Assembly: GCA_963714095.1 (NCBI GenBank)
Contig: OY970230.1
Coordinates: 724,103 to 788,102, forward strand
Length of the DNA stretch: 64,000 nt
Direction: 5' to 3'
Source of the DNA: Candidatus Gottesmanbacteria bacterium
Lineage (GTDB): Bacteria > Patescibacteriota > Microgenomatia > UBA10105 > UBA927
How positions within the stretch are numbered: position 1 is the stretch's first letter; the number at the start of each line of letters is the position of its first letter. The position numbers and the translations under genes were made by a program. Below are positions 60,187-64,000 of the stretch, in pieces. The notes under the pieces are model-generated. The model was not told the origin of the DNA, made no database searches, and saw nothing but the letters and a program-made list of their open reading frames with translations.

Positions 60187-61749
60187 ATGCATTGGATAAA
60201 ACGACATACAGCGTTTGCTTTATTTTTATGTGTCGTGATCGTGGGTTTTGTACTTTGCCCGTCCATCGGAGCGGCGTGGGACGAGCCGGATAATATGTTT
60301 TCCGGCGGGGTGTATCTAAATTTTATTACCCACGGATTGGACCCGACATATTTTCGGATTCTGACGTATAAAGCATCCGCATACGGGGACCGGATTGTCC
60401 CCAACGACCACGTGACCGCGCACTACCCGCCGATACCAAATTATATAGGCGCGTTGTTTGTGTCTGCGGCTGCGGCACTCCATATACGTGTGACTGCGCC
60501 GGTTATCATCATTGCGTGGCATCTCTCTACCGTGCTCTTTTTTGCCCTTATGGTGACAATGACGTATCGATTCGGTGTTCTGTTGGGATTATCCTATGGT
60601 GCAAGCCTGTTTGCCGCACTGACGGTATTTTTGTACCCGCAGATTTTCGGCTATGGACTTTCCGATCTCAAAGATACCGCACAGGTGGCAATGGTAGTTA
60701 CGAGTCTTTATTATTTGGTGCGGGCAACGAAAGATGCCGGGGTAAAGAAAAAAGATTTTATTATCGGCTCCGTGATGTGGGGGCTGGGAATGGCGACGAA
60801 ATTTAATGCCGTTTACGTGCCGATTATCTGGGGTATTTGGTATTTGGCAACGGCACGAAAAACTATTGTTTTTACTATAAAATACGCTCTCTGTATCGGT
60901 ATTGTCGGTCTTTTGACGATGTTTGTGGTTTGGCCCTATTTATGGTTTTCCCCTTGGGGACATTTTTGGGAGATGGTTACCTATTTTCTAAATGTCGGCC
61001 GCGGGTATAACGTTTTGTGGGACGGGGTCGTGTATACGGTCGGCATGGGAAAAAGTTTATGGTGGTATCCGTGGGCAAGTTTTCTTTTTATGACGCCGTT
61101 GACCGTCCTGGCGTTTATTGCCGTTGGTATTGCAGCATTCCTGCGGTTTGCGAAAAAAAACAGAGTCTTACTCCTTCTGCCCATGTGGATTCTGGTACCG
61201 ATGGTGCGTACGCTGTCTCCCTGGAGCGCATTTTATGACAACCTGCGGCATTTTCTGGAAATTGTACCGGCGTGTATGCTCGTGTCTGCTCTTGCATTGG
61301 ATTGGATTGCCCGAAGATTCCGACCTGTCGCCGTTGTGGCAGCCGTCGCAGCGATTGCGCAGCTGGTCTGGATAAATGTCTCGGTATTTCCGTATTCAAC
61401 GGGCTATTATAATATGTTTGCGAGTATGGCCAATATCAATTTTGACCGAGACATCGAAGGGCTTTCCGTCAAAGAAGGAATGGATTGGCTGCATCAAACG
61501 TATGGTCACCTGAAGGTGTGGGTACCGATAGCCGGTCATTTATCATGGTCGTATTTGACTGCCGGTGATCGATATATCTATACGCTGGAAGAACGCCCTG
61601 ACAGCATTATTATTGTCAATAAGCAAACGCATGACGCTGACAGTTTGAGAATATTGGTTGCTCAAAATAATTTTACTCTTGTCCATACCATTTCCCGCGG
61701 GTCGGCCATATTTGGCTGGATATACAAACGAACTGCTCGCCCGTTGTAA
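60187..61749 (+). CDS. GT-C glycosyltransferase (ArnT/PMT-like), paralog of 55971-57629
   Basis: AWDEP, KD, WPYLW, RHF, YYN, SVKEG. Confidence 0.82.
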   Translation: MHWIKRHTAFALFLCVVIVGFVLCPSIGAAWDEPDNMFSGGVYLNFITHGLDPTYFRILTYKASAYGDRIVPNDHVTAHYPPIPNYIGALFVSAAAALHIRVTAPVIIIAWHLSTVLFFALMVTMTYRFGVLLGLSYGASLFAALTVFLYPQIFGYGLSDLKDTAQVAMVVTSLYYLVRATKDAGVKKKDFIIGSVMWGLGMATKFNAVYVPIIWGIWYLATARKTIVFTIKYALCIGIVGLLTMFVVWPYLWFSPWGHFWEMVTYFLNVGRGYNVLWDGVVYTVGMGKSLWWYPWASFLFMTPLTVLAFIAVGIAAFLRFAKKNRVLLLLPMWILVPMVRTLSPWSAFYDNLRHFLEIVPACMLVSALALDWIARRFRPVAVVAAVAAIAQLVWINVSVFPYSTGYYNMFASMANINFDRDIEGLSVKEGMDWLHQTYGHLKVWVPIAGHLSWSYLTAGDRYIYTLEERPDSIIIVNKQTHDADSLRILVAQNNFTLVHTISRGSAIFGWIYKRTARPL

Positions 61750-63375
61750 TTATTTTTTTATCGCAAATATTGTGACCGCGGGATTTTGGAATACCGGAGT
61801 AAGTATAGCGGGGTAGAATATCGGAGTATTGAAGAATTTCTTTTCATCTGCACCCCAGTAGACGTAGGAGATGTTTTCACGGTGAAGCAGCGTTTTTGCG
61901 TCCGCGGTGGTCAATTGCCCTGAATAGAACTGCGTTGCTTCATGATAGCGCTCATTCCAATCGAGAAAACCCGGTGTTTCGCCCAAAAAGACGCGTACCG
62001 TTGCATAACTTGGGATAATTTCGCCGAAATATTGCATGACCATGACGCCGCTTTGGTGAGGGACGGTTGACAGGAAACGGATCGCATCCCATTCCAGATT
62101 TTGCGGATAGACGTTTGTCCAGATTTGCTCCTGATTGGCGAATGTTTGGCGTGTAAAGCTAAACGTCAGAAAAAGGGACGCGGCAATCATACAAATGACA
62201 ACAATCTTTGCGGCACTTTTGTTTAATACGCGTCCGATTGCCAGGATACCCAGTGCGGCGAGTATTCCCGCGGGGACGTAGTCGTAACCATCCATTAAAC
62301 GGAAATTGGCAAACGGAAAAATAGTTAGATGGGTGAGGGGAATATAGAAAAGAGGCCCTAGGATCCATGTCGTCCCAAGGACGACCAAAAGTTGTACGGA
62401 CACACCCATTTTCCGCCACATGTGAGGGAGGGCAAGAAAAAGGGCGAGGATGGCAGGAAGATATAAGAGGAGGGACGAGAGATAATTCGTAAGGAGAAAC
62501 GGGTCCGTCACCCAGCGTTTTTCGTCGATGTTAAAATTCTTAAATGCGTAGCTTGTATCCATTTGTAGTTTGGTAAATATCCCCACTGCTCCCAGAGAAA
62601 TAACGATTGTGAGAAGCGGAGGAAGAATTTTTTTGATTTGGCCGCGGAAAAGGGCCCAGAGAAACCATGCAACAAAGACAGTGAGAACCAGCATGCTGTC
62701 GTATGCAGGCATGAGGAGGGCTCCGGTAATTGTCAGAAGTGCAATACCGACGAGGCGGGGCCATGATGCTTTTTTTATATACAGAAAAACAGCGGTAAGG
62801 AGGAATAACCCGAACGCTTCAGAGAGTACATGGTGGGGAAGCCCGAAATGCCGCAGCGCCAGTTCCTGCGGGAAGTAGCTGAATATGGCAGGGACGGCAT
62901 CCAGGATTGAGGGGATATTTTTGATCGCGCTTATCAGCGGACCCGGTTCCAACCCGAGCGTAAAAAGGACGGCCAATGATTGAAGATCAGCCGGCAAAAC
63001 AGTCACAATAAATACATATGTCGCGAAAAATAAGATGAGACCGGCCGCGACACGTGTTACCATATATGCAGAAACAGGATCAAAAGAAAAAAGATGCGCA
63101 ATTTTACCGACGATTACGTAAAAAACATGGACATAGACTGCAGGATTAGGCCTGGTCGTATACGGATTGTATAATTTCCAAACCGGTCCGTCTTCCGCCT
63201 GGCGTATGTGCGCGGCATACGCTCCTTCTCCGTTCAGCACATAATAGTTCCGGCCCGGGGGCGCAACCGAGAACGGGCGCATGGTGATCCAGAGAAATAA
63301 GCCAAGCTGGAGAACAAATAGGATGGCGGTAAGAAAGAGCGGGTTTATAAGAATTGAACGTATGCGTTTCGGCAT
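61750..63375 (-). CDS. GT-C-like membrane protein, paralog of 52764-54425
   Basis: AYAAHIRQA, NPYTTRP, PHH, C-terminal YVYWGADE. Confidence 0.75.
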   Translation of the reverse strand: MPKRIRSILINPLFLTAILFVLQLGLFLWITMRPFSVAPPGRNYYVLNGEGAYAAHIRQAEDGPVWKLYNPYTTRPNPAVYVHVFYVIVGKIAHLFSFDPVSAYMVTRVAAGLILFFATYVFIVTVLPADLQSLAVLFTLGLEPGPLISAIKNIPSILDAVPAIFSYFPQELALRHFGLPHHVLSEAFGLFLLTAVFLYIKKASWPRLVGIALLTITGALLMPAYDSMLVLTVFVAWFLWALFRGQIKKILPPLLTIVISLGAVGIFTKLQMDTSYAFKNFNIDEKRWVTDPFLLTNYLSSLLLYLPAILALFLALPHMWRKMGVSVQLLVVLGTTWILGPLFYIPLTHLTIFPFANFRLMDGYDYVPAGILAALGILAIGRVLNKSAAKIVVICMIAASLFLTFSFTRQTFANQEQIWTNVYPQNLEWDAIRFLSTVPHQSGVMVMQYFGEIIPSYATVRVFLGETPGFLDWNERYHEATQFYSGQLTTADAKTLLHRENISYVYWGADEKKFFNTPIFYPAILTPVFQNPAVTIFAIKK

Positions 63376-63385
63376 AGGTAAAATA

Positions 63386-64000
63386 TCACGGCATCGGGAG
63401 TGTAGGTATTCCTGTTGCCGGAGCGTTTTGTACGGCGGCTGAGGTTGCAGCCTGCGGTATATCGTTTAGATCGTTTTGGACTTTCGCATAATCCGTGCTT
63501 CCCGGCTGTACGAGTTTCAGTGTGGCAGTAAGCGCTTTCGCTTCATTAATCGTGTCCCCTTTGAGTTTATACACATTTGCCAGGTTGTAGTAGGCGTTGG
63601 CGTACGACGGATTAAGTTGGATAGCGCGTTCAAACAGGATGATCGCGTTATCGTACTGTTTTTGGGCAACAAACACATTACCGATATTGACGAAGAGTGT
63701 CGGATTAGACGGATCCAATTGTACTGCTGACTGGTCTGCTGTGAGTGCCCAACCGGCGGCCTCTGTTGAGACCGGCATAATGGTCTGATACGTGAGCCCC
63801 AGGTTTTCCCATGCAGCGACGTTTTGCGGGTTGAGGGAGACCGCGGTTTTTGCTTCTTTGACGGCCTGTTGTAAGAGTTGTGCCATAAGCTGCCGATCTT
63901 GGGCAGAACCGGTACTTTCATTGAATGAAGCGCCTATGCTATTGGCCAGCGCCAGGCTTGTTTGTCCGTAGCTGATGTGGTAGCTGCTTAAAAAGGTATT
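63386..64000 (-). CDS. C-terminal TPR region of a larger protein, truncated by the window edge
   Basis: TPR repeats (AIQLNPSYANAYYNLA); frame open to base 64000. Confidence 0.8.
   Translation of the reverse strand, partial: NTFLSSYHISYGQTSLALANSIGASFNESTGSAQDRQLMAQLLQQAVKEAKTAVSLNPQNVAAWENLGLTYQTIMPVSTEAAGWALTADQSAVQLDPSNPTLFVNIGNVFVAQKQYDNAIILFERAIQLNPSYANAYYNLANVYKLKGDTINEAKALTATLKLVQPGSTDYAKVQNDLNDIPQAATSAAVQNAPATGIPTLPMP

Overview
Chromosomal segment of a small-genome bacterium, most likely Patescibacteria/CPR of Microgenomates type. This is inferred from the divergent rRNA with a group I intron, an archaeal-type PyrH, an ATP-dependent ligase, an EndoQ-like gene and many GT-C genes; the standard genetic code is used. 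The left half is housekeeping and repair (pyrH, recF, murF, ligase, pth, acyP), then a copper/redox block (cupredoxin, copA, csoR, copZ, trxA, trxB, gdhA) and a decayed CRP/FNR gene. A tRNA-Ala-23S-5S unit has its own promoter, no linked 16S, and an ORF-less group I intron at position L2500. The right half has rpsA, radA, PIN-TRAM, rho, LysM-M23, two more tRNA-Ala genes and a ~25 kb cluster of about nine GT-C-type membrane glycosyltransferases. The best candidates for undescribed biology are: (i) the 840-bp gap at 38562-39404, holding an unannotated 52-aa ORF, two divergent promoter-hairpin-U-tract candidate ncRNAs, an inverted repeat and DnaA boxes; (ii) a 26-aa membrane microprotein coupled between csoR and copA; (iii) a window-wide leaderless promoter geometry, with a -10 hexamer exactly 6 nt before ATG. 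No CRISPR array, transposase or prophage was seen. All calls were made by eye, without database searches.
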